Below are positions 13,791 to 30,620 of a DNA stretch of 64,000 bases, piece by piece. The notes beneath the pieces were generated by a model. That model did not search any database. It had not been told where the DNA came from and was given only the letters and a program-made list of their open reading frames with translations. Location of the stretch: the NCBI RefSeq assembly GCF_009914755.1, contig NC_060935.1. One strand, 5' to 3'. The translations under genes and the position numbers were made by a program. The DNA comes from the human T2T-CHM13v2.0 reference genome, Homo sapiens. How positions within the stretch are numbered: position 1 is the first letter of the stretch; each line of letters starts with the position of its first letter.

Positions 13791-15439
13791 TGGGCAATAC
13801 ATTATGGTTCTTTCCACTACACAGCTCTTCTTCTCTTGCCTCTAAGTCTTTTCTTGATTTCAACGAATTCCTGGAGTGAGAGAATGTGTATTCTTAGTCT
13901 CTGTGCCCTCTGACATGCCCAGCACTATGTCCTGCCCACAGCAGAAGGCTCAGTACTTATTTTTGAGTGAATTATATGGCTCTTCTCATCAAGGCTGAGG
14001 AGCACATTTTTAAAAAATATATATTTGTATTTTTTGTACATAGCATATTGTCTGTCCCATAGTTAAGACTCAATGAATGTCTGTTGGAGTGGGGCAAGAC
14101 CTCACTTCAGATAACCAGTTTACTGAGAGAGATCCTTGGATAGGCAGAGGCAGCAAAGAGGGTTTGGGCCTTGCTAGCATGGAGGGTAGGAGGAAGGCAG
14201 GGAAGGTGGAGCATGTTGAGAGAAGAGAGGTGGATAAAGTCACCCAGCTCTGAGCAGGCCAAGGGTAGATTTGGTCTATATTTTAATTTAAGGCTGGCCT
14301 GGTTTCATTGATGGTGATATGATCCCTATGTGTGGGAATAGGTGAAATGGTTTGATCACCATGGGACCATAATCCATTACCCAAAGCCTTCATTAAGGAG
14401 ATAATTCTGTTCAGCCTCACACATAGCCAGGCCTACAGGAATTTGCCATCCAGCACCAATACTGATGCTACAAGTCCCAGCAAACACAGGATGGCAGGCC
14501 AAATTCAAGCTTTCTGGCACTCCTCCTCTTCTGGCTGAGCCCGATGTCCTCAGGCCTAATCTCAGGCTGGCAGAGAGTTAAGTGCTGGGCTGAGTCTGTG
14601 CTTTGCTGCATGTGCTGGACTTGCATTTGATTCTGTCCAAAAGAGGTCTGTGGACCAGAGGGATGACATTTGGCACCAAGAAAGTAACCCAGGTGTCTGT
14701 CTCTTTTTCAGTCCCAAAGCCTTATTCTTTTCCCTCAAGTCTATGCAATCGTTTGGAATCCATCACTCATCACCTAGAGGTTTCAGTGCCTTTAGATTAG
14801 GGTTCTACACCCATAGCTGATGATCCACTGGACTACCACACTTGGCACCTGAACAGAGCCAACAGGACTGGTTACAAATTCGTTGTTAATTACTGTGTGT
14901 AATTACACTAGACCCAAGGTTGGAGGGAGACACCCTACTCTGTTGTTGTCTTATATACGAATTCTGTATAATTTTTTAAAAGCGCACCATTTTTACTTTC
15001 TAATTAGGATATGGGGATTTGGGGCAGCAACCTTTGTTATTTAATCATGCTTTTTCTGGGGAGGGGAGGAGAGGAAAATATTTTCCTTTTTCTATCAACA
15101 ATTGCTCTCTTTTCCGCATTAAGAGGGTGGAAACTTGGTTCCTCCCTCATCCCCTTTAGGCAAAGAGTCCATGGCTCAGATTCATAAAGGTTGTTGATTT
15201 TGACTTTGGGTTGCCCTACTCTGTTTTTCCCCACCTTTCATGCTAACTAACACAATACATAAGTCTTCCTAGCCAGCACTCCCTAAGGGTGGGGTAGAAA
15301 CACAGCCCATTAAAAAAATTTTTTTTAAAGCTTTGAGTAATCTCCTTTTTATATTCACCCAAATGAACCAGGTTGGTGGCATATTCTCCTTTGTTTTTAC
15401 ATCTGAGACGTACTTAAAGTTTAAATAGTGCCAGAATGA

Positions 15440-15874
<435 letters not shown>

Positions 15875-16009
15875 AGAAAATTGCATTTATTATATACTGC
15901 CCCGTCCCCATCTTGGCATTCTGATATCATTGTTGCCCATCCTTTCCTTCCCATTGAGAGAGTCAACATTTCCCCTTTCCCATCCTATTCTCATTCCTAC
16001 TTCTAGCTT

Positions 16010-16165
16010 TACTATCTACTGTATAACCTGCTGAGCCTCAGTTTCCTCAGGAGTAAAATGGAGATAATAAGAAACACCTGCCTTGCCAGTGTCACACAGC
16101 TATTGAGGATCAAATGAGATAATGGGATAGGAAAGTGCTTTATTTCTACAAATGCAAGCTATTGT
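16010..16165 (+). mobile_element. MIR
   Basis: CTGAGCCTCAGTTTCCTCA...GTAAAATGGAGATAATAA...GAGGATCAAATGAGATAATG. Confidence 0.85.
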
Positions 16166-16989
16166 CAGTATCATTTACTTAACTATTCTTCGTTAGCTAG
16201 CTACGTAGTCTAGCTTACCTTGTCGTGTTCCAAATGTGGAAGGCTTGCTGTTTCTGGTAAGTTGAGGACCATTTCAAAGCCTCAAGAAAATGATTAGAAA
16301 TGAACCAATGGGAGAACATTTTCTTTGTTGGGTAGTTCATCCGATTATTATGTATGTTGTTTGTCTTCTTTTCATTTGGATATAGGTTGCCTTCAGCTGC
16401 CAGTACTGTGAAATAAGAGACGATATTATAAATCCTTTGGAGATTAAGCATTTCCATCCTAATAGCTGCTGCTCAAAATTTGATTTCCCCTTGATTTTCA
16501 ATAAAAGGAGGATAACAGAATGTTATTCATTCTAATTATAAAGCAACGGGAATTCTAGGCATTACTTTACAAATAGCTGCTTTCATGTCAGAATAATGAG
16601 TGTTGAGAGGAAGAGCTCTGAGCCCTTTACTATATTCTTTGTTTTCATTATTTTTGTACCTGTAAGGAAGATGGACACATTGAGGGACAGAGACTCCACA
16701 GAAGTTGTCTGAGTTGTGACAGCTTCTCATCTTCTTTTTCATTTCCGCATTTAACATATTTTCTACAGGCTTTGTAAAGAAAATAACTCAGTCTATGTTT
16801 ACAATTTTCACACTGGCTTTAACTTATTTTAACTTATTTTATTTTTGGTTGGTGTTCACCCTGGGTTTCTGAGGGTTTTAAGCTGTCTGCAAAAAGCTGC
16901 TATCTTTGTCTCCAAAGAATGGTTAAGCCACTTTTGTAGAATCAGAATGTTAGGTGAAGCCCATCTTTACATAGGAAAAAGCAAAAGGA

Positions 16990-17150
16990 ACTAATATTAA
17001 TTGAATGTTCACTACATGCTGGGTCTCATGCGAGGCTCTTTACACATATCATTTTACATAATCCTCATAGCAGCTCTATATTATATAATATGATCTACAT
17101 TTTTTTCACAAGTAAAAAAATATTTAAAGGGAGCAAGTTACATCATCAGA
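16990..17150 (-). mobile_element. MIR
   Basis: ATTGAATGTTCACTAC...TTTACACATATCATTT...AATCCTCATAGCAGCTCTAT. Confidence 0.65.
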
Positions 17151-17559
17151 GCTTAAAGATACCTGTGCTATACCCCTATGAAAAATCTAATTCACTATGT
17201 GTTTTGGTCTATGGCATTTACATTTTTGAAACATTTTATCTTTCCTAAATTGTAGTTACTTCCCCCTACCTTGACAGATAGATATTGTATTGTAAAAATA
17301 CAATAGAACAAGTATCTTTTAAAAAATATGAAAACAAAACATTTCTAGTCAATTGTTGAACTTCTTTCAAAGTTCTGGGTTAATATCAGGTAGGCCTTTT
17401 ACTAATGCATTTTATTTCCTTCTGTCTGCCACCAGCTGGAGCTACTGTATAAAAGCCAACCATTTTGAGTTCAAAATATAACTCTGCAATATGAAGGTAG
17501 ACTACTTTTGCTCCTAAACAATTTGAGAATAAATTGCAAGGAATTAAAGATTGAGAAAT

Positions 17560-17790
17560 GCAATGTCATAGATGGTTAAGTAATTGCTATTGATCACTTA
17601 CTAGTTATGCAATTTGGGCAAATTATTTTGACTGTGACTCCCAGTTTAGTTAGTTATGAAATGGTTATAACTACCAATCTTGTGGGGATCACTGTAGGGA
17701 AAATTAAATGTTAAGAAATTAGTAAGGAGCCTACCACATAGTATGTACTCCACATGTGTTCATTAGTATCATTGGCAGTTATTATTATTC
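17560..17790 (+). mobile_element. MIR relic
   Basis: CACTTACTAGTTATGCAATTTGGGCAAATTATTT...GAAATGG. Confidence 0.6.
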
Positions 17791-19359
17791 ATTTTGTTAT
17801 CAGTATCACAGCCCCAGGGATGCTCAATTCATTGTAATTACAATTCATATTATTACTCATTATCGTGTGCCTGGCAAATGGCAAGTGCCACTTGACCTCC
17901 CATTGCTCAGTGTGTGATTTTTGGGTTTCAGTGTGGTGGACTGTAGGATGGCACCCACACAAAGAGGCATTCTGCTTGGATGTCAAAGGAAAGGAACCTG
18001 TGAGAGGCATTTTTGAGGTTGATCGGGTCATTTTGGGTCAGAGCAGTATTTCCCAATATATGTTCTGTAGGATTCTTGTCTCAATGGATCAAATAAGAAT
18101 GAGAAATATACCATATATATCCCTTTTCCACTTCACGGAGCCACAGTGCATGTAAGTATATTTAAGGCTCTGAAAAATACTGTGAGAATCAACCCTTCTT
18201 CTATTTATACCTAATCATAAGTGATTTCTCCATTTTCTCCATGAAATTTTAAAAAGTTGATATGTAATATATAAATTTAGATGAATATAGGTATTCATGA
18301 TTTCATATTATAGAAAAATATGTTTAGAAATATGGCTTTTAACTCAAATTTTATGTCTTTTTTCCACTCAAATTTTATGAGAAAGACATCAGTGTTTTCC
18401 TCCTTATTAGCACCACCTTTGGAGTCATGTAATTTTCTGGAGCACTTACTGGCTCACTGGTTTGAGTCACAGCGGTTTTTAAATGTGTATGATTTGCCAC
18501 AGTAGATTTTATTTCTAGTTATAAGTATCCGTTTGTATAATACCTGAATTAAAAAATTCATCCTAGTGTATTTTTATAATTGTTATAATAAATGATCTTT
18601 AAAAGGTTTTTTTTTTAAAAAAAAAAAAGCAAGTAAAATTGTGAGGTTGTAATTTCAGAAATAATTGTGAATTTTAGTTAAATTTACTGGCCTTCCATTT
18701 AATACTTTTTGTCAGGTAACCTCTACTAATTTGACACCAAAACTAGCATTTATTTGGTTAATATGTTCGCCCTAAATAATACGTGGTTGATAAAGCAATT
18801 ATAAGAGAGCCCAGTAATACAGGAGCTGCTATAAGAACTGGAATATATGACAATTCTTTCTTTTCTGAGGGATAATTTGAGGAAAAACCTTGTCTCATAT
18901 CTATATTTACATAACCCAGTGTTGTTTGTGTGTGAATGTGTATATGTGTGCTGAAATACCTGTTTACGTGCTAGAAACACCCTCGTGGTAATGGTGGCAT
19001 AGTGGGTAATTGTTTTCATCAGGATTTTTCTTGAGAATAGGCTGCTAGCAAGTGCTGTATGTGACAGAAACTTTGGCCAAAAATCTGTATTTATAACTAT
19101 ATCAATTTCTTGTATTTTCTTGTTCATTTTAACTTGCTTTTCCCTCAGAATTTAATCAAGTCTTCAAAAAAAATTATGGCAGAGTCACTCCCATCCCTGA
19201 GACACTTGGTCAGGAGCTTTACAGAAGGTTAGATACTCCATTAAGGTTAGAATGGTGGTGGATTGGTGGTTAGACCACAGAAGAACCCCCAGGGGAAGGT
19301 AAAGGCCTGGGGATAAAGACATGGCCCTTTTTATTCTGTCATCCTTCTCTCCTTGTAAT

Positions 19360-19490
19360 CTCAGCACTGATGAACCATTAGAATCTCCATGGAAGGTTTT
19401 AAAAAAACACATGCTGTCACCTGAGAACATTTAAGTCAGAATGTCTGGGAGTGGACCCCAAGCATTAGTGTCTCTCAAAGTCTTCTTCAG
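19360..19490. mobile_element. MER5A-like relic
   Basis: CATTAGAATCTCCATGGAAGGTTTTAAAA...TCAGAATGTCTGGGAGTGGACCC. Confidence 0.55.
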
Positions 19491-20344
19491 GCTTAAAAGG
19501 GTTAAACCTTCTAGACAATCATCAGTCCTTTTGTGTCTTCCTCCTAAAAATTTGAACAGTAGTGACCTATTAGAAGTCAAGAGTTGGATCTAAACTGAGA
19601 AAGCATCTGTGCATTGTGCTCTATTTCTTCGTGTAGCTTCTCCCCACTCCCAAGTCACTCCTAATATTTCCATTATAGATTTAGACACAGAAAACCCAGA
19701 TGAAGAAGCTGCATGCTCCCGATGGGATGGGATGATATTGGTAATGGGAAGTCTCATTTCTGAATTGAATTTGAGTGCTGGGAAAGCATATTGGCTAATG
19801 TTTCAGTCCTTTGGTTGAATTTGTGTCTTTGACAACAAATGCTTGTGGTTGAAGTTATACAATTCTCATCTCTTTCCATTTCCCCTCACTGGGGCAGGCT
19901 TCCTCTGTGTATTTTTTTCCTCTGATGGGAAAGAGCATCTGCAGCTACTTTTCTTCTCAGCCAATAGACTACCTTCTTGTGAGTTATAAAGAGGATAATA
20001 TGTGAATCAGAAGCCAAGACTAGAACCCTTCTCCTATGGACATGGTCTATTCAGGAGGCAATTTTAGAGATAAAAATCAGGAACACCAGTTCAATAATAA
20101 TAATAATACCTTAGAAGTTAACATACCTTTTAAAACACTTTCATATTTGTCCCTTTTCTCTTGAACATTCCAAAGAGATTGACAGGACAAATACCAATCG
20201 CCTCATTTTAAGATTAAGAAACGCAGATGCTGTGAAGATAACTCAGTTCCCCATGATAACATGGACAGGGACAGAGGTCGGACTAATAACTGGTTCTTCA
20301 GTAATTACTCACCTTGAGCAGCTCTGAAGGTCATAGAGTAGACC

Positions 20345-20802
20345 AGTGAGTGGTTCCCAAACTTGGCTGCTTACTAGAATGGCATGGGAGGATTATAAAA
20401 TAACACAATTATGCCAACTTGCCTCTGGGGCTCTAATTCAATACACCTGGGATGGGGCTCAGGGAATCTGTCATTTAAAATAATTTCTTCATAGTTGTTC
20501 TCAATTTTGACTAAATATTAGAATTACCTGGCAGGGAGGGGCTTTAGAAAATCCCACTGGAGAATCACTTGAGCCCAGGAGGTTGAGGCTGCAGTGAGCT
20601 GTGATCATGCTGCTGCACTTCAGCCTGGGTGACAGAGTGAGACTCTGTTTAAAAAACAAACAACAGCAACAACAAAAAACATTTCCCAGATTGTATTCCA
20701 GACAAATTAAGTTAGAATTTCTAGTGCTGGGACCCAGGCATCAGAGGGTTTGTAAGTATCTCCAGGTGATTCCAATGTGGAACTAAGGTTGAGAAACACT
20801 GC
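20345..20802. mobile_element. MER5A-type elements with an inserted Alu right-arm fragment
   Basis: GTGGTTCCCAAACTTGGCTGC...CTCCAGGTGATTCCAATGTG...GGTTGAGAAACACTG. Confidence 0.65.
20559..20680 (+). mobile_element. Alu right-arm fragment (FRAM/AluJ)
   Basis: GGAGAATCACTTGAGCCCAGGAGGTTGAGGCTGCAGTGAGC...A-rich tail. Confidence 0.88.
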
Positions 20803-20884
20803 TATAGACTAGAGCTTTACAAACTCTGTTTTTCAGAATTTCAGCACAGCAAGAAGGAAAAGACAAGTGTAGAATTGTCACATG

Positions 20885-21045
20885 TCTGGAGTAAGAAGAC
20901 CAGGATTCAAGTCCTGGCTCTGCCTCTTGGGAATGTCACTTCATCTCTCTGAGCCTCAGTTTTTTATTTCATAAAATGAGGAAAATGAGCAGTACATACC
21001 TCTCAGGGAGGCCATGAGGGTTAGATGGGATATTGCAGGTGGAAT
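20885..21045 (+). mobile_element. MIR
   Basis: GGATTCAAGTCCTGGCTCTGCC...CTCTCTGAGCCTCAGTTT. Confidence 0.8.
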
Positions 21046-21094
21046 AACCAAGCACCAGCTATTCCTGCTGTTTTCCAAAGAACTCCATTAAGAT

Positions 21095-21125
21095 TGTGTG
21101 TGTGTGTGTGTGCGTGTGTGTGTGT
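21095..21125 (+). repeat. (TG)n microsatellite
   Basis: Directly visible. Confidence 0.95.
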
Positions 21126-22274
21126 TTCCCCCTAGATGTTCCCTTTGTGTTCAAAGTTTCCACCCTCAACCTTACACAGAGTTAGACTTGTAGGGCATGA
21201 AACAGAGCTCCAAAAGTTTCCACTAATGAAATAAGGTTTGGAAATTAAAGGAATGTCGTTAAGGCTTCTTTTTGCTGTTGCTATTGGCATGTTCAGCCCT
21301 CTGAACCTTGGAGTTATGAATCTGCCAGTTTGCTAAATGCATACTCAGAAGGGCAATTTCGTTTTCAGAATACAAGGACACTTTAGCTATTACTACTCAC
21401 CCTCCCCATTGCTCCTTTCTAGCTCTTTGAGCTCCCCTGAATGTGCCCCCAAGCACCTCTTGTTTATTCCCATTCAGCAAATTAAGGAAGGTTCTAGTAT
21501 GCGTTTCTTATGCAGCAAATGCTGAGTTCACTGGAACTCAGGCCTGCTGGAGAACAAATTAACCCATACTATAAACACCCACTCTCTTGCCTGACAATTT
21601 GCACTGGTTAGAACAGAACCTTCTAATATTAGGAATGGTGGTGTGAGGATCATTTCATAACCACAAACACAGCAAAAGCAATCATGAAATTATGGATGAC
21701 TCATTGTCAAAGGAACACTTGGATCATTTTGAGCAACCCCCTAGGTTGATCAAATGAGGAAACTTCTGCACCAAACTCACACCGTGCCATTAGTCTTCTC
21801 TGTAATTGATTGTTATTGCCAGATTTGTCTCAACCACATCAGACCTATTTTTAAACCTCTCATAATTGCCTTCTCACTAAGTAAAATATTGTTTTTTGAG
21901 CACCTTTCTTTTATTTCATATGTGTCTATTTGTTTCTTTCTTAAACTGGACAGTGCATTGAGAACAGAGATTATTTCTTATTTATCCTAAATAAAATAGT
22001 ACCTGGTGCACAGTAGGTTCTAGTACATAAATGTTAAATGTACCATAAATTGTACATTCTTTCCCAATGAAAGAGGTTGTTTCTAACAAGCTAAGGAAAC
22101 TAAGATTTGCTTTGTATACCACTTTCTCTAGGGTTCCATGAACAAATAAATTTTGCCATGATATATACACATATATATTTTAGAGAAAGAAAGGAGCGGG
22201 GAGGAAAAGGGAATGGAGAGGAGGGGAAGGGAGGAGAGAGGAACAAAAGGAAGGGTGAGAGAGAGATAATACTA

Positions 22275-23200
22275 AGTTCTTGATACTATTTAAGGTGTTG
22301 GGATACAAAAATGAACAAAACTGCCCAAAATACTTGCTCTCAGAGTTTCCACTCTTGCGTGTGTATGTGTGTGTGTGTGTGTGTGCATGCATGTAATGAG
22401 GAAACAGACAAAAAACAAAAAAGTAAGTACAATATAATAGTGTTAGATCATGATCAATGCTGTAGAGAAAAATAAGTTAGAGTAAGGGAATAGAGAGTGC
22501 TGGATGGAGTGGGCTATTGGATTTTAAAATGGAGTAGACAGGGAAGGCCTCGCTGTGAAGATGAAACTTGAGCAAAGACTTGAAGGAGGTGAGGCTGAGA
22601 GTCTTGAAGCTATTTGGGTGAAGAATATTCCAGGTGGGAGGAATAGGAAGTGTAAAGTCTCTGAGGTGAGACAGAAATTCAGGAGTTTCCAGGATGACGC
22701 AGGCAGTTGGCCTGGAGTGGAGCAGTGCAGGTTAGAGTGTAGGATAAGAGATCACGGGAGTGGCTGGACAGCTGAGTGGCAGTGTTGGGAGAGCTTTGGA
22801 GGGACCTGTCATTGTAAAGACCAGCCTTTACTCTGACTGAGATGGGAAACCATTGAAGAATTTGATTTGATTTAAGGTTGAAAGGGTTATTTTTGCTGCC
22901 AGGATAAAAATGGTGGGTGGGAAGGTAAAGAGGGAAACAAGAAAATCAGTTAGGAAATTATGGTAATAAGACAGGTGTCTCAGACCATGATGATAGAAGA
23001 GGAAGTAGTGTATGTTAAAGAATCTGAATAGATGTTGAAGATAGAACTAATAGAATTAACCCTCAGATTGATCATGAATCATGGGAAAGAGTGAAAAATT
23101 ATCCCAAGTTGTTTGATCTGAATAGCTCAGTGGATGGATGGAGTTGCCAGTAATTGAGAAAGGGATTCCTAAAGAAGAGGTTTTGAGGTAAAGGGGAAGA
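22275..23200 (-). mobile_element. L2 3' region
   Basis: AGGGAAGGCCTC...TTGAGCAAAGACTTGAAGGAGGTGAG...TGAGATGGGAAACCATTGAAGAATTT. Confidence 0.8.
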
Positions 23201-23202
23201 TG

Positions 23203-23314
23203 ATCTATCTGTCTCTTTCTCTTTCTCTAGCTATTTATCTACTTATCTATCTATGTATCTGTCTAGCTGTCTACATACTTACCTGTCTGTGTCTATCTAT
23301 CTATCTATCTATCT
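23203..23314 (+). repeat. Imperfect (TCTA)n tetranucleotide repeat
   Basis: Directly visible. Confidence 0.85.
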
Positions 23315-23469
23315 AATCAGATGTTTTATATATGAGGTATTAAAACTCAAGATGTTAGGTATCTGGCTGAAGATCTCATAGCTAACATGGGTGATGCTGA
23401 GTTTGAAGTGAAGTATTCCTGTATAGACTTCAAAATCCCTAGTTTCCCTACCCTACCAGACCTTTTTCA

Positions 23470-23620
23470 TATATCATTGCTTTTAATCTTCACAACAGCT
23501 TTTATCCACACTTTAAAATTATAAAACCTAAAGTTTAGAGAGTTTACACAACTGGCCTAAGTCATGCAGCTAGTGAGACAGCAGAGATTCAAACTTGGTC
23601 TCTGACTCCAAAATTCATAT
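23470..23620 (-). mobile_element. MIR
   Basis: TTTAATCTTCACAACAGC...CCTAAGTCATGCAGCTAGTGAG...GATTCAAAC. Confidence 0.75.
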
Positions 23621-23621
23621 T

Positions 23622-26580
<2,959 letters not shown>

Positions 26581-28347
26581 TTTCTACGAAACTATCCTCC
26601 CTATTATTTATGCCTTGCAAAAAGGTGGTAAAGATTAAATGTATGTAACATACCCAGCATATACAACGTCTGGTGCATAGTATATTTAAATTAAAGGATA
26701 GCTATTAGAGATTAATATAGATCTCATTTGTGTATATTGTGCTTCTACCTAAGGGAACTATAAATTCATTAAAATACGGGACTTAAAATAATTATTTAGT
26801 GGCCTCAAGGACATCATAAATATTTATTATTTATTGAGTATGTACAACTACTATATTTCCATAATAATTAGAAATAATAACTTTTTAAAAAACAAAGATG
26901 ATAGCAACCACAAAAAACATTTATTGAGTGAATCACGTTGGGTACAAATGAGTATATTGTAAAAAGTATACCATCAACACACTGACAATCTTTATCAGTA
27001 TTTCCTAGTAGAAGAAACATGAAAGTCGGAGCAGGTAGGACTAAAGAATGCTAGTGTACACAGGACCATCAGATGCCTTTTAGTAGAAGAGGTCTAGAGC
27101 CTTGCGGAAGAGCTTCCCACCCTGTACAGAGAATGTGTTGCCTGTTCTTTGCTTTCTGAAAACTCTTGCCTATTATCACTCTGTGATTAATTCTGCACTA
27201 GGCTGTCTAGAGCTTTCACATTTGGGATCATTTTATCCCCGTCTCTCAAATAAGTTCATGGGTTCATTATGTCGCACATATCTTATCTTACATGCAAATG
27301 TAAATCTGTTGCACCCTTAACTCACAGGTCTGAGTATTTTTTCTACCACACAAAGTTTTTTGCAAAAATTAAAAAAATTGATAACATTAAATGGTTACCT
27401 GAGAAAAGAAGAAAGTCCTCAAACCCTTCACTTTAAACAACTAGAAAAATAAAACTAAAATAAACCCAAACAAGCAGATGGAAGAATATAACAAAGACAA
27501 GAGCAGAGAGCAATTAAATTAAAACCAGAAAAACAATAGAAAAAAATAAATAAAAACAAAAGCTGATTTTTTGACATTAATGACATTAGCAAAACTGACC
27601 AAAAAAAGAGATAAGCCATAAATTATTAATATCAAGAATGAAAGAGGGGGTATCATTACAGATCCCATAAACACTAAACAGATAATAAAGGAATACTAAG
27701 AACAACTCTATAGACATAGATTTGAAAACCTAGATGAAATTAAATTAAAATTATATTAGTGAACTGAACTTTCAGTTAAAAGTTTCCAAAAAAGCAACCT
27801 TCTAGCTCAGATGGTTACACTGGCAAATTCTACCAATTATTTGTGGAAAATTAATACCAATTCCATACAATCTCTTCCAGAAATAAGAAGAGAACACTCT
27901 CAATTTATGAGGCCAGCATTACCCTGATGCAAAAGACAGCGTAAGAAAAAAATCTTTTAAACACAACCAAATATACCTAATTAACATAAATGTAAAAATC
28001 TTCAGTAAAATATTAACCAGCTGAATTCTTAAACATATAAAAACAATAATAATACACCATGACCAAGTAGAGATTGTAGGGGGAATATAAGACTGGCTCA
28101 ATACTGGAAAATTTTTCATTGTAGTACACCATATTAACAGTCTAAAGAAGAAAAATCACATGATCATATCAATTGTTGCAGGAAAAGTATTTGACAAAAT
28201 TCAACATTCATTCGTGATAAAGACTCTCTGCAAACTAGAAATAAAAACTTTCTCAACCTAATAAAAGGCATACAGAAAAGCTAACATTATACTTAATGGT
28301 GAAAGATGAATGCTTTTTCCCTCAATTTAGGAATAAGGCAAGGATAT

Positions 28348-28725
28348 TGATACTTTTTGTCTCTGTGTCCCCACCTAAATCTCACCTTGAATTGTAGTTC
28401 CCATAATCCCCATGTATCATGGGAGGGACCCAGTGGGAGGTAATTTAATCATGGAGGTGTTTACCCTCATGTTGTTCTTGTGATAGGGAGTGAGTTCTCA
28501 TGAGATCTGATGGTTTTATATGGCGATTTTTTCCCTTTTGCTCAGCACTTCTCCTTCCTGCCCTTGTATGAAGAAGGATGTGTTTGCTTCCCCTTGTGCC
28601 ATGATTGTAAATTTCCTGAGGCCTCCTCAGCCCTGCAGAACTGTGAGTCAATTAAACTTCTTTCCTTTATAAATTACCCAGTCTTGGGTATGTTTTTATT
28701 AGCAGCATGAGAACAGACTAATACA
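28348..28725 (+). mobile_element. THE1 (MaLR) solo LTR
   Basis: TGATA...CTCTGTGTCCCCACCTAAATCTCACCTTGAATTGTAG...GAACAGACTAATACA; 5-bp TSD GATAT. Confidence 0.95.
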
Positions 28726-29159
28726 GATATCTACTCCCATCATTCAACAAACATTTTACTGGGTGCCCTATCCAGTTAATAAAGTTAGGAAATTAAATAA
28801 AAGGCATGCAGATTTTCAGATGATATGATTGTCTATGCCAAAAATTTCAAGGAATTCATAAGCAAATTCCAAGTACTAAAAAGTGAGTTTAATGAGATTA
28901 CAGGGTACAGGGTTCAACACACAAGAATCAAATGTATTTCTTTATACTAGCAATGAATAATTGGCAACTAAACATTTTTAAAAAATTTACATTAGCTCCA
29001 AAAAATGAAACACATAGGTGTAAGTGAAACAAAGCATGAACAGGGTCTGTATGCTGAAAATTACAAAAACTTAGTGAAATAAAGCAAAAAAGACCTAAAT
29101 AAATGGAGAGATACACAGTTTTATGGATTGAAAGAATTAACATAGAAAAAATGTAACTC

Positions 29160-29651
<492 letters not shown>

Positions 29652-30357
29652 TTAATATAAAGCTGTAGCAATCAATTCAGTGTGATATTGGCAAAAGGAT
29701 AGACATAGATCAGTGGAACAGAGAAGCCAGAAGCAGACCCACACAAATATATTCTAGTTATTTTTCAGAAAGTTGCAAAAGCAATTTCATAAAGGAATGA
29801 TAGCCATTCAACAAATGGTGTTGGAACAGCCAGACAATCATGGGCAAAAAAATGAACCTTCATCTTAATTTCAAATCTTACATAAGAATTAACTAAAAGA
29901 TTTACATGTAAAATACAAAATTATACAAATTTAAAGGAAAAAATTTAGGAGAAAAACTGGCCCAGAGTTAGACAAAGAGTTATTAGACATGATACCAAGA
30001 GCACAATCATGAAAGAAAAGATTTATGTATTGGATTTCAACAAAATGAAAACTTTTGCTCTATCAAAGACACTGTATAAGAATGAAAAGACAGGCTACAG
30101 ACTGGGATAAAATATTTGCAAATCACATATCCAATAAAGGACTTGTATCTGGAACACAAAAAAACTCTCATAACCCAACCATAAGAAAATAAACTACCCA
30201 CATTAAAGAAAGTACTGCGTTCATCAACTAGAAGTCTCAATATAGTAAAGATTTAGTTCTCCTCAAATTGATTCATAGATTCAACTCAATTCAAATCAAA
30301 ATCCCAACAGGACTTTTTGTAGGTATATAAAGCTGATTCTGGAATTTATATGAAAAG

Positions 30358-30620
30358 ACCGTATAGCATAGGGACAATAGTTAAAAATACTGTATTGTAT
30401 ACTTGCAATCTGCTAAGAAGATAGATCTTAAATCTCCTCACTATACACATACACAAATAGTAACTGTAGAGGTAATAGATGTGTTCATTATGGGGAATGT
30501 GGTCATTATTTCGCAATGTATACATATATCAGAACATCAAGTTGTATACCTTAAATATATGCTATTTTTTCATGTCAGTGATAGTTCAATAAAACTGTTG
30601 AAAAGTAGAAAATAAAAATA
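30358..30620 (+). mobile_element. L1MA-type 3' end inserted in the older L1M
   Basis: ACAATAGTTAAAAATACTGTATTGTATACTTG...CATCAAGTTGTATACCTTAAATATAT...TCAATAAAACTG. Confidence 0.75.
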
